Source: Ascoidea asiatica JCM 7603
Lineage: Eukaryota > Fungi > Ascomycota
DNA: 64,000 nt
Direction of reading: 5' to 3'
Assembly: GCA_001600695.1 (NCBI GenBank)
Contig: BCKQ01000006.1
Span: 136,315 to 200,314 of the forward strand
The notes below the pieces were generated by a model. It was not told where the DNA came from, made no database searches, and saw only the letters and a list, made by a program, of their open reading frames with translations. This document shows, piece after piece, positions 53,772-64,000 of this stretch. The translations under genes and the position numbers were made by a program. Position 1 is the stretch's first letter. Every line of letters begins with the position of its first letter.

Positions 53772-55286
53772 TTAGGCAGATAAAATACGAACAGTATTTG
53801 AATGACCAACACCTCTAGTCCAACCTTGAACAGCGACAATAGTATCACCTTTTTTAACAACACCTAATTCAGTTGCAAAAGCAATACCAGCTTGTAATCT
53901 TAATTCAACATCAGATTGCCAATCTTCTAAAGCTTCACCTTTATAAATTAAAGGGAAAACACCTCTATATAAATGAGAAAATTTAGCAACATGATCATTT
54001 CTAGTAACTTCAATAATTGGACATCTTGGTCTATATTTTGAACATAATCTTGCAGTTGTACCAGTAGTTGATAATAATATAATTGCTTTTGCATCTTGTT
54101 CATAAGAAGCAGAAACTGCGGAACATGCAATAGTTTCAACAGTATCAGTTGGTTTAATTGTACTATCTTTAATATCATCAAATAAAGATAAATAAGGTAA
54201 AGCTTTTTCAGCAATTATACAAGTATTATGCATCATTGAAACAGCTTCTAAAGGATAATTACCTTTTGCAGTTTCACCAGATAACATTACACAATCAGCA
54301 CCATCAACAATAGCATTACCAACATCAGAAACTTCAGCTCTTGTTGGTCTTGGATTATAAGTCATTGATTCTAACATTTGAGTTGCACAAATTACAGGTT
54401 TACCAGCTAAATTACATTTTGCAATTAATTTTTTTTGAACTAAGAAAACTTCTGGAGCAGGAATTTCAATACCTAAATCACCTCTTGCAACCATAACACC
54501 ATCAGTTTCTTTTAAAATTTCATCAAAATTTTCAACACCTTGTTGACTTTCAATTTTTACAATAATTTGAATATTTTTACCATCTTCACCAAGTACAGAT
54601 CTTATATCTTTAACATCTTGAGCAGTTCTAATAAAAGAAGCAAAAACCATATGAACTTTATTTTTAACACCAAATCTTAAATCATCTTTATCTTTTTCAC
54701 TTAAAGCAGGTAAATCAACATCAGTACCAGGTAAATTAACACCTTTATGAGAAGATATTTTACCAGCATTTAAAGAAATTACTTTTAAAGTTTGATTATC
54801 TATAATTTCTAAAACTTCAAAACTTAAAACACCATCATCAACATAAATAATTCTACCTTTTTTAATAACTTTAGTAATATTTTTATAATCTATATACATA
54901 ATTTCATCATTACATTTTTCTTTAAAATCATCATTAGTTGTGAAAATCATTTGATGATTTGGAGAAATTGGATAATCTATATCATTAATTGTAGTTCCAG
55001 TTCTAATTTCAGGACCTTTAGTATCTAAAGCAATACCTAAAGGTCTTCCAGGATAAATTTCTTCAGATTTTCTTGCATTATTTATAACAGATTGATGATA
55101 TTCATAAGAACCATGAGAAAAATTCATTCTAACAATATTTAAACCAACTTTTCTTAATTTTATTAACATTTCAACTGAATTTGTTTTTGGACCAATTGTA
55201 CAAATAATTGAAGAAAATCTTAATAAATTTTTAGAATTATCTTGAGGATTTAATGTTGATAACCAAGTAATTTTAGAAGTATCCAT
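53772..55286 (-). CDS. CDC19: Pyruvate kinase
   Basis: [46 protein letters not shown] and MLSGETAKG; 504 aa. Confidence 0.98.
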   Translation of the reverse strand: MDTSKITWLSTLNPQDNSKNLLRFSSIICTIGPKTNSVEMLIKLRKVGLNIVRMNFSHGSYEYHQSVINNARKSEEIYPGRPLGIALDTKGPEIRTGTTINDIDYPISPNHQMIFTTNDDFKEKCNDEIMYIDYKNITKVIKKGRIIYVDDGVLSFEVLEIIDNQTLKVISLNAGKISSHKGVNLPGTDVDLPALSEKDKDDLRFGVKNKVHMVFASFIRTAQDVKDIRSVLGEDGKNIQIIVKIESQQGVENFDEILKETDGVMVARGDLGIEIPAPEVFLVQKKLIAKCNLAGKPVICATQMLESMTYNPRPTRAEVSDVGNAIVDGADCVMLSGETAKGNYPLEAVSMMHNTCIIAEKALPYLSLFDDIKDSTIKPTDTVETIACSAVSASYEQDAKAIILLSTTGTTARLCSKYRPRCPIIEVTRNDHVAKFSHLYRGVFPLIYKGEALEDWQSDVELRLQAGIAFATELGVVKKGDTIVAVQGWTRGVGHSNTVRILSA

Positions 55287-56019
55287 TTTGAATAGAATTT
55301 TATTTAATTTAATTGATGTTTATATGAATTGAATTGAATTGAATTGAATTGTAATATATAATGTATATATATTTTATTTATTTATAACTAATGTAATTTA
55401 TTTTATTTTATTTTATTATATTAATATATTAATTGATTATATTGAATGAATGATAAGAGATATTTAATTGACTTTATATACTTTGATAGATAAATATATT
55501 TGAATATATTTGAAGTAAAAGTAGTAAAAGTAGTAAAAGTAGTAAAAGTTTGAAGTATGGAAGATTCGGTTAAAGTAATAAATAACGTCCCCTGATTGAA
55601 TTGGAATTGAATAAATGATAGATAAAAGAATAATTGAAATAATTGAAGTAATAAAGCAGAGATTGTTTAAGGAATATTTCAAATAAATCAAACACCACTC
55701 ACTCACTCACTCACCACCTTGTCAAGATTTATTATTTAATGATTAAATGAGAATGAATAGAAAGTAAAGGCAGTATCACCAGCCATCAGCCATCAACTTT
55801 TAACCATCATAAGCCAGTATTGTATTGTATTGTATTGTATTGTATTGTATTGAATACTCGTGGTCTGTCAGATGATTGTGAAATGATTATTTATTTGATA
55901 TTTTTGATATTCTTTTTTTTCACGTATTTGATAATTCTCACTGAAACTTTAGATTCTGATTGATTTTTAGGCTTTTCTTTTTGAATTTAGACTCTTTTGC
56001 AGATATTTAGTAGCAGATT

Positions 56020-56545
56020 GAAATTGACTGGGCTGATTGTTGGGCGTGGAGAGCAGCGATTGGTGGAAAGGAAGAACAAAGAGCAGAAGAAGGAGAAGGA
56101 AGAAGGAAGAAGAAGAACCACCGAGAAGAAGGAACCAGGAAAGAGGAAAGAACAACGCATCGTCCTCTGTTTCTGCTTCTGCTGCTTCCTCAGCATCTGT
56201 GTCTTCTCTCGTTTCTCTCTGCTCTCGTTTCTCTCCCTTCTCTGGCAGCACAAACACCAGACACACCACCAAACACACCACCACAAACACCAAACACCAA
56301 ACACCTCCAGCGCCAGACTCCGAAGTCAAAGCCAGAACAAGAGAAATTCAGTCCGGGGGTCCACACCGCCACACGAGACGGCTTTAACACCCCACAGATT
56401 TTCTACTTATTAAGTACACAATATATTATAAGGCTAGTAAATAGTGGCTAGAGACGCGAGGCTGACACTGAGACCAGATATACGGATGCACTACTTTATT
56501 TTGCATGATTACGTAACTCCGGTCGTTCCCAGCTCACGTCCGATT
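56020..56545. promoter_or_regulatory. GC-rich CDC19/NGL divergent promoter island with purine tract, pyrimidine tract and CA-rich tract
   Basis: GA-rich ~56065-56155 with repeated GGAAG; CT-rich ~56163-56243; CA-rich ~56248-56305; Rap1-like ACACCCCACAGATT at ~56387-56400. Confidence 0.45.
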
Positions 56546-56650
56546 TCCCATCACCAACTCCTAAAAAGCAACTAATCTAAACCCATAAACAGTAACAATA
56601 AACAACACCAGAAAACATCAGATTCAAATAAATACATATTTGATTTGAAA

Positions 56651-56697
<47 letters not shown>

Positions 56698-56829
56698 AGA
56701 ATAATTCAAATTAATCTAATAGATCAAAAGATATAATAATTCAAACATTTCATTCATTTATTCATTTCTTCATTTCTTTACTTCTTCACTTTTTCAATTA
56801 CGATTACCTTCTTACGATAATAATCTCTA

Positions 56830-58317
56830 ATGACAAATATAAATCCACTTTTTAAAAATAGAAAATGGTTAAATATACCTCCAATTTATAAACATTTTAA
56901 TCAAAATTTTAATAATAATTTAATAAATAATAATTTATCAAATGATATTCCAATATATAATAAATCAAATTTTAATGTAATGTCATATAATCTATTATGT
57001 CAACATTATATTTTTCCAAATGTTTTTAATTACGTTAATGAAAAAAATTTAAATTGGAAAAATAGATTTAAAACAATTAATAAAATTTTATTCACTCCAG
57101 AATTAAATAATTCATCTAAATCTAATTTAATTTCTGATATTTTTTCATTTCAAGAAATGGAATATGATATTTATGAAAATTATTGGAAAGATAAATTTAA
57201 ATCAAAAAATTATTCTTCAATTTATATTAAAAAAAAAATTCCAAAATATTGGAATGATTTAAATAAATCAAAAAATCAAATTGATGGAATTTCAATTTTT
57301 TTAAATTTAAATAAATTTAAAATTATTTCAATATTACCAATTGATTTATCAATTTATTTAAATAAAAAAGAAAATTTAAATAATTTAAATAATTTTGATA
57401 AAAATAATAGATTAAATTCAAGAAATCAAGTTGCTTTAATTATAGCTTTAAAAAATTTTAAAAGTAATGAAATTTTAATTGTTTTAAATACTCATCTTTA
57501 TTGGAATCCAAAATTTAATGATGTTAAATTCTTTCAACTTTTAATAATCTTAGATAATTTAATCTCTTTTTCAAATCAATTTTTATCAATAAGCGCCACA
57601 ACTAATAATACTACTACTAATAATAATAATAATAATAATAATGAAATTAAAAAAATAAAAAAAATAAATTATGATTATATTGATGAAAATAATAATTTAT
57701 CTTATTCTTCAAATCTTTTATCTAATTTCACAAATAATTATAAAACTTATAATAATATTAATCAAATTCCAATAATTTTCACTGGTGATTTAAATTCTCA
57801 ACCAAATTCTTTAGTTTATAAAATGTTAACTTATGGTTATTTAAATTTAAATAATATTTTTAAAAATAATTCAACTGAAAATAATAATAATCATAACTTA
57901 AATTTTGGTAATGATCATAGAATTAATAATAATTATGATAATTGTTTTAATATTAATAATTATAATATTTCAAATGAAACAATTTTTAAAAATAATTTAT
58001 TTAAAAATTTAATATCAAATTATCCAATAAATACTGAATTAATTAATCCTTTTCAATTCTCTTCAGCATATTCTGAATTATATTTCTCAAATAATTTAAA
58101 TTTTAATTTCACAAATTGTACAAATAGATTAAAAGGTATTTTTGATTATATTTATTATACAAATAATTTTAAAAATAATTTAAAATTATCAAAAATTTTA
58201 AATGGTTTTAATAAAAATTATTTCATCAATAATCATTTACCAAATTTAGAAAATCCAAGTGATCATATTCCTTTATTATGTCAATTTCAATTTGATAATA
58301 ATATTAATAGACAATGA
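56830..58317 (+). CDS. NGL1: Ccr4-like EEP nuclease without LRR (Ngl1-like)
   Basis: FNVMSYNLLCQHYIFPNVFNYV..LNW, SFQE, RNQVALI, NTHLYW, TGDLNS, FDYIYY and PSDHIPL. Confidence 0.72.
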   Translation: MTNINPLFKNRKWLNIPPIYKHFNQNFNNNLINNNLSNDIPIYNKSNFNVMSYNLLCQHYIFPNVFNYVNEKNLNWKNRFKTINKILFTPELNNSSKSNLISDIFSFQEMEYDIYENYWKDKFKSKNYSSIYIKKKIPKYWNDLNKSKNQIDGISIFLNLNKFKIISILPIDLSIYLNKKENLNNLNNFDKNNRLNSRNQVALIIALKNFKSNEILIVLNTHLYWNPKFNDVKFFQLLIILDNLISFSNQFLSISATTNNTTTNNNNNNNNEIKKIKKINYDYIDENNNLSYSSNLLSNFTNNYKTYNNINQIPIIFTGDLNSQPNSLVYKMLTYGYLNLNNIFKNNSTENNNNHNLNFGNDHRINNNYDNCFNINNYNISNETIFKNNLFKNLISNYPINTELINPFQFSSAYSELYFSNNLNFNFTNCTNRLKGIFDYIYYTNNFKNNLKLSKILNGFNKNYFINNHLPNLENPSDHIPLLCQFQFDNNINRQ

Positions 58318-58695
58318 AAATCCTAAAATTTTGAAAAAAGTGTCCCGTTGTACTGGATTATTGTCCCTTTCGGGTGCGTTTAAAGCTTTTTCAAATAGTT
58401 AACGTGCTTGGCTCTGATTGGTCAGTGAGACCTTCTTTTGAATTTAATAACAATTATTAAATCAAATATCAAAAAAATGTTATGAAATTAAACTAAAATT
58501 AATTTATTTTATATTCATCAAATACTTTTTCACTCATAAACATTCAAATTATCTTATATTATATCTTATTTATATCATATTCATATCTTATCATATCTCT
58601 TCATATCATATCATATCTTATTCTTTATAAAACTATAATAATAATTATCTCTAATGGAAACCATAAATCCAATACGGTAAAATACTGATATTGAA

Positions 58696-60978
58696 ATGTT
58701 TAATAATTTATATCTTTCAAAATTAATCTTATGTAAATGTAAATATAATTATAAATATTCTTTTTCTTATTCAATTTTAAAATTTAATCAATATTCCTTC
58801 ACAAAAAATAATACCTTTAATACCTTTAATACCTTAAATACTTTTAATACTTTAAGAACTATAAAAACTTTCAATAGTATTAACAGCAATAATAACTTCA
58901 ATATTCTTAATAAAAAATCTTTTTTTCATACAAAATCTTTTTCATTAAATCTTCATAATAATTTAGATATAAATAGTAATAATATTCATAATAATAATAT
59001 TCATAATACAATTTTAAATAAAAAACCAAATCAAATTATAATTAAAGATCCAAATCAAAATTTATCAATATCTTTAAATGAAAATAAAATTGAAACTATA
59101 AAAATTTCTCAATGGAAAATAATTTTTCAATTATTAACAAAATTATGGCCAAAAAATAATTTTAAAGTTAAATTTAGAATAATCTTAGCAATTTCATTTT
59201 TAATATCTTCAAAATTATTAAGTATTCAAGTACCTTTATTTTTTAAAACTTTAATAGATTCTTTAAATATTAATTGGGTTGATGAAATTGGTACAATCTC
59301 AACAATTATTGGTTCTTTAATTTTTGCTTATGGTTCTTCAAAATTTTTATCAATTGTTTTAGGTGAATTAAGAAATGCAATTTTTGCAAGAGTTGCTCAA
59401 AATGCAATTAAAAAAGTTGCAACTAATTCTTTTAATCATCTTTTAAATTTAGATTTAAGTTTTCAATTACAAAGACAATCTGGTGGTTTAACAAGAGCTA
59501 TTGATAGAGGTATTAAAGGTATTGGTTATATTTTAACTGCAATGGTATTTCATGTAATTCCAATTTCTTTAGAATTATCTTTAGTTGTTTCAATCTTAGC
59601 TTATAATTATGGTTCAATATTTGCAACTATTTCTCTTTCAACAATTTTAATTTATGGTTATTTTACTTTTAAAACAACAATTTGGAGAACTGGTTTTAGA
59701 AGAAAATTAAATAAAGCTGATAATCAAACTGCTTCTATAGTTATGGATTCATTATTAAATTATGAAAGTGTAAAATATTTCAATAATGAAAATTATCAAT
59801 TTAAAAAATATAATCAAGCTTTTGAGAAATATAATAATTCAATGATTAATGTTTCAACTTCTTTAGCTTTTTTAAATTCTGGTCAAAGTTTAATTTTTAC
59901 AACTGCTTTAACTGCAATGATGTATATAGCTTCAAATGGTATTGCAAATGGTTCTTTAACTATTGGTGATTTAGTTTTAATTAATCAATTAGCTTTTCAA
60001 TTATCAACTCCATTAAATTTCTTAGGTTCTGTTTATAGAGAATTAAAACAATCTTTATTAGATATGGATACTTTATATAAATTTTTAAGAATTCCAATTA
60101 AAATTAAAGATAATCCAAATTCATTACCTTTAACTTTAAAAAATTTAGATTCTGATGGTAATGGTGGTGCAGAAATTATTTTTGAAAATGTTTCTTTTAG
60201 TTATTATAAAGATCATCCAATTTTAAAAAATGTTTCTTTTAAAATTCCTGCTGGTAAAAAAGTTGCAATTGTTGGACCTTCAGGTTCTGGAAAATCAACA
60301 ATTTTTAAATTAATTTTTAGATTTTATGAAATTGATTCTGGTAGAATTTTAATTGATGGTCAAGATATAAGACAAGTTTCTTTAGAATCTTTAAGAAAAT
60401 CAATTGGAATTGTTCCTCAAGATACTTCTTTATATAATGATACAATTTATCAAAATGTAAAATATGGTAATTTATCTGCTTCTTATGATGAGGTAATGAA
60501 AGCAATTCAAGATGTTAAATTATCTAAATTAATTATGGATTTACCAGAAGGTTTAAATACAGTTGTTGGTGAAAGAGGTTTATTAATTTCAAATGGTGAA
60601 AAACAAAGAATTGCAATAGCTAGAACATTATTAAAAAAAGCTCCTATAACATTTTTTGATGAAGCTACATCTTCTCTTGATACTCAAACTGAACAAGCAT
60701 TATTAAATGTTATGAAAAATATTTATAATGTCAAACATAATACTGAAATTTCAATTGCTCATAGATTAAGATCAATTGCAAATAGTGATAAAATTATCGT
60801 ATTTGAAAAGGGTGTTATCAAAGAAAAAGGTACTCATTTCCAATTATTAAGTGATCAAAATTCATTATATTCAGCATTATGGAATATCCAAGAAAACTTA
60901 GATCTCGAAGAACAAATGTTAAAACATGATGTTAAAAGAGTTCAAAGACTTAGAGAAAAAAATAAAGATAAGCTTTAG
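58696..60978 (+). CDS. ATM1: Mitochondrial ABC half-transporter (Fe-S/glutathione export)
   Basis: Presequence-like N terminus; RQSGGLTRAIDRG, NYESVKYFNNE and PLNFLGSVYRELKQSL; Walker A GPSGSGKST; signature ISNGEKQR; Walker B FFDEATS. Confidence 0.92.
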   Translation: MFNNLYLSKLILCKCKYNYKYSFSYSILKFNQYSFTKNNTFNTFNTLNTFNTLRTIKTFNSINSNNNFNILNKKSFFHTKSFSLNLHNNLDINSNNIHNNNIHNTILNKKPNQIIIKDPNQNLSISLNENKIETIKISQWKIIFQLLTKLWPKNNFKVKFRIILAISFLISSKLLSIQVPLFFKTLIDSLNINWVDEIGTISTIIGSLIFAYGSSKFLSIVLGELRNAIFARVAQNAIKKVATNSFNHLLNLDLSFQLQRQSGGLTRAIDRGIKGIGYILTAMVFHVIPISLELSLVVSILAYNYGSIFATISLSTILIYGYFTFKTTIWRTGFRRKLNKADNQTASIVMDSLLNYESVKYFNNENYQFKKYNQAFEKYNNSMINVSTSLAFLNSGQSLIFTTALTAMMYIASNGIANGSLTIGDLVLINQLAFQLSTPLNFLGSVYRELKQSLLDMDTLYKFLRIPIKIKDNPNSLPLTLKNLDSDGNGGAEIIFENVSFSYYKDHPILKNVSFKIPAGKKVAIVGPSGSGKSTIFKLIFRFYEIDSGRILIDGQDIRQVSLESLRKSIGIVPQDTSLYNDTIYQNVKYGNLSASYDEVMKAIQDVKLSKLIMDLPEGLNTVVGERGLLISNGEKQRIAIARTLLKKAPITFFDEATSSLDTQTEQALLNVMKNIYNVKHNTEISIAHRLRSIANSDKIIVFEKGVIKEKGTHFQLLSDQNSLYSALWNIQENLDLEEQMLKHDVKRVQRLREKNKDKL

Positions 60979-62190
60979 GCTTACAACATTAGAAAATTTT
61001 CGACTAACTAGACTTTTTACTTTATTCAGCTGATTTTTTTCTTGTAACTATACTTATTTCTTTCTTTTTTTTTTGGAAATCACTTTTCAGGGTCATAATC
61101 ATTTACAGAATACACTTAATTTATTTTTTATTTATTAATTGAGTCTGCATTGTTTTTCTTAAGTTTTTTTTTATTTAAGTTATTTTCCTCTTTCGGTAGG
61201 ATTAGTTAATAAATTGTTCTCTCAAGTCTTAAAAATATCTGTCTCCGAAATAATGGTAAACCTATTTAAAGAAATAGAGTTTATACCAAATCAATAAACT
61301 TGTTTTACATTTTTATACATATTTATTTATTCTCATTGGAAAAAATAAAAGATTTTTTAATGCTTTCAGGTAACGTTATTTATTCTCAACTTGTCGATCG
61401 TTCTAAGAAATCATGTTTTTATTATGAAATTGCAAATGTAAATTAAGATAATGTAACGTCAGAAATACTTTTTTCAATAATTCTTTTCTACTTTATTCAC
61501 TTTCTTTTCTGTTTTAAGCTGAATTCATTTTCACCATATTAAAATGCTTTAACCAATTTTTTATAGATAATAGAACAGTTTTTGCAAGATTATTTTAGTA
61601 TTTTCATAATTTGAAAAATCAGGTATTACATGAAAATTCTGAGTTGATAGGTTATTTTATGAAGCGGTCATAAGCTAGTTCATAATTCGATTGTGGGTAA
61701 GATTTCATTAGAATCTTGCAAACAAAGTAACTTTTGTAACCAAAAGTACAACAAAGTTCAATCAATAGCTTAAACTCTAATATTTCCCTGCATACAAATG
61801 CACTTATTTACTTTGCTAAACATCTTCGGCTTTTGACAATTTAAGTGTTTTGTTGAAGAAAATTCTGATTTAATGGGAATTTAGAAACATCGTTATTTTT
61901 TCAGTTGTAGATGTCAATTGAATGAATTTCAATCTGGATATGTGAATATTTCAAACTTAAAGGTGAATATAGCTTATGTTTCGCTGAAAGTATATGACTA
62001 ACTGAAATTTCTTTTTTCTTCTTATTGAATATAAATTTTATATTTTCTACGTAAAATTTTTCTCTTCATTAAAAATTAGATGACTTAATATTTATATATC
62101 ATAGTGGCCTGGATTTGCTTTTACGCATATAGTCTATTTTTATATTTTGTTTATATACTCGTCGGTTTTAAAAATCAAACATAGAGACAC

Positions 62191-64000
62191 CTAATCTTCA
62201 TCACTCTCACTTTCTTCATCATCTTCTTCACTGGATTCCTCTTCACTTGCATTTACTAACCAATCAACATATTTATCGACAAAGTCATTATCTAGATCTG
62301 CTTTAATAACTTCATACCATTCAATTATATCATCCTCATCTAGTACGTCTAAATCATAAAGTGCACTAATTGAGAAAATTAAAATTGCTTTTTCAATTTT
62401 TGGAAATATTTTAGATTTCTTCATTAATTGATTAAGTAAATCAATTCGATCTTTTTTCTCAAATACTTGTCTCTTGAATAATTTACCCCATTGTTTGAAA
62501 ACTTTTAAAGTTGCAGTTTTAGAATCTAAAGTATTTGTGGTTACAAAAGAGTCAATTCTTTGATATAATGATAATATAGTAGAATCTCTAACTTCATAAT
62601 AAGTCACATTTTCACTCATTCTTAAAGTATTAATTTCAAGAGTAGTTGTATCTAAATCATGATTATTTTCTATTGCTCTTTTTAATGTAGCTAATGCTTC
62701 ACTTTCAAAACTATCTTCATCCGAATCTGAATCTGAGTATTTATTGCTGTTATTAAAATTTTCATCATTTTCTGTAAAATACTCATTTTCAATATCATCT
62801 GAAAATTCATTTGAATATTTATCATTTTTATTTACATTATCATTACGATTTTTTCTTTTTTGTTTCTTTGAACCATTTTCAATATCAGAATCAGAATCAT
62901 CATCAGAAATATCAAGTGAACTAAAAGTATCGAAAATTAAAGCTTGAGAATCTTTTTTATCACTTTTCATTGAAGAATTTTCAGATTGAGTTTCGGATTG
63001 AGTTTCTGAATGACTTTCATAGTCAGAATCAGAATCATAATCTTCTGAATTATAAAAAAAGCCAGAACCATCTTGGCCTAAAGCTAAATAAGGATTTGAA
63101 TCTACTTCATTATTAATATTATCTACTTCTTCACTAGAACTTTCATCAGAATCAAAAGAAATTGATTTTTTTATTGGAATAGGTTTAGAAATTAATTTTG
63201 AACCTTTTGGAATAAAAATATTAGTACCTACAATAACATTAAAACCTATAATTGAGCCAGGAGATATGGTTGAATCTTTTTTAATAATAGCATCCGAAGC
63301 AATAATTGAATTTTCAATTTTAACATTATCTTCAATTATAACATTATCCCAAATATAAGAATTTCTAATAATTACATTTTTACCAATTTTACAATTTTTA
63401 CCAATCGTTGATTGATTAATAATTGAATAATCACCAATAAAAGATTTATAACCAATAATTGAATTTGAAATAATTTGACAATATTGAGATAAAATAATTT
63501 TTTTATCAAGATAAATATGATTAAAAGAATAATTATAATTTGTATTTAAATTTAAATTTGAATCTGGAGAAATTGGATAAGACCATCTTTCAATAATATC
63601 TTTTGAAATTGAATTATAAGATTGAAAACTTTCAACTCTTGTAGAATATTGATTTGATAAATATGCATAAATTGATCTATTTAATAAATCAGAAGTTAAA
63701 ATACCTTTAACAAAATCAGTTCTAAGATTATTATAATCGAAATTTTCTTGAAATAATAAAGGTACAATTGGAGAACAAATATCTATATGAGGATCAATTA
63801 AATCATTTCTAATTTGAAATTCATTAATTTTATTTAATAATTCACTATCAATTGAAATATCTGAATTATTATTTGATTTTTTTTTATTATGTTTATTATT
63901 GTTATTACTAGAGTTATTATTTTTATTTGAATTTGTAAGAGTATTTAATGGATTTAATTCATCATAATATAAAATTCTATTATTATTATTATTATCTAAT
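62191..64000 (-). CDS. GCD6: Translation initiation factor eIF2B epsilon, 5'-truncated by the window edge
   Basis: The 259-aa track ORF (W2-like domain: LEINTLRMSENVTYYEVR..WLVNASEE) is in frame with upstream DLIDPHIDICSP..FQENFDY..LRTDFVKGILTSDLL and hexapeptide repeats including NSYIWDNVIIED. Confidence 0.93.
   Translation of the reverse strand, partial: LDNNNNNRILYYDELNPLNTLTNSNKNNNSSNNNNKHNKKKSNNNSDISIDSELLNKINEFQIRNDLIDPHIDICSPIVPLLFQENFDYNNLRTDFVKGILTSDLLNRSIYAYLSNQYSTRVESFQSYNSISKDIIERWSYPISPDSNLNLNTNYNYSFNHIYLDKKIILSQYCQIISNSIIGYKSFIGDYSIINQSTIGKNCKIGKNVIIRNSYIWDNVIIEDNVKIENSIIASDAIIKKDSTISPGSIIGFNVIVGTNIFIPKGSKLISKPIPIKKSISFDSDESSSEEVDNINNEVDSNPYLALGQDGSGFFYNSEDYDSDSDYESHSETQSETQSENSSMKSDKKDSQALIFDTFSSLDISDDDSDSDIENGSKKQKRKNRNDNVNKNDKYSNEFSDDIENEYFTENDENFNNSNKYSDSDSDEDSFESEALATLKRAIENNHDLDTTTLEINTLRMSENVTYYEVRDSTILSLYQRIDSFVTTNTLDSKTATLKVFKQWGKLFKRQVFEKKDRIDLLNQLMKKSKIFPKIEKAILIFSISALYDLDVLDEDDIIEWYEVIKADLDNDFVDKYVDWLVNASEEESSEEDDEESESDED

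Noticed and set aside
62191-62970. Stand-alone 259-aa protein
   Set aside because: It is the C terminus of GCD6; the frame continues to the window edge.

Overview
Very AT-rich, gene-dense, almost intron-free budding-yeast (Saccharomycotina) chromosome segment. The extreme AT/Asn bias and F-box/LRR content resemble Ascoidea-type yeasts, but that is inference only. It holds about 22 protein genes and one tRNA-Cys(GCA). Recognisable core genes: TRX3, CAF130-like, CCR4, MDP-1 phosphatase, DOT1, MEC1, YLR001C-like fasciclin, HOS1, YSA1 (one intron), SUS1, CDC19/PYK1, NGL1-like, ATM1 and the 3' part of GCD6. The left ~12 kb looks accessory: a decayed Ty1/copia-like RT relic, a Tus1-like RhoGEF with an apparently duplicated DH domain, an F-box/LRR protein and an Ssa-derived Hsp70 lacking EEVD. 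The best candidate for an undescribed system is 28626..29954, a secreted Gly/Ser/Phe/Met-rich repeat precursor with three conserved GGL(R/K)KR|AFE Kex2-type sites (KEP / Ece1 / Rep1-like architecture), preceded by a 2.35-kb upstream region with clustered CGG motifs. Also notable: CAF130-like and CCR4 adjacent, DOT1 and MEC1 head-to-head with an overlapping uORF on MEC1, an intronless SUS1, a Ypk paralog with a non-canonical activation segment, and Cbf1-type CACGTG sites in many intergenic regions. All calls come from reading motifs by eye; no database search was run.
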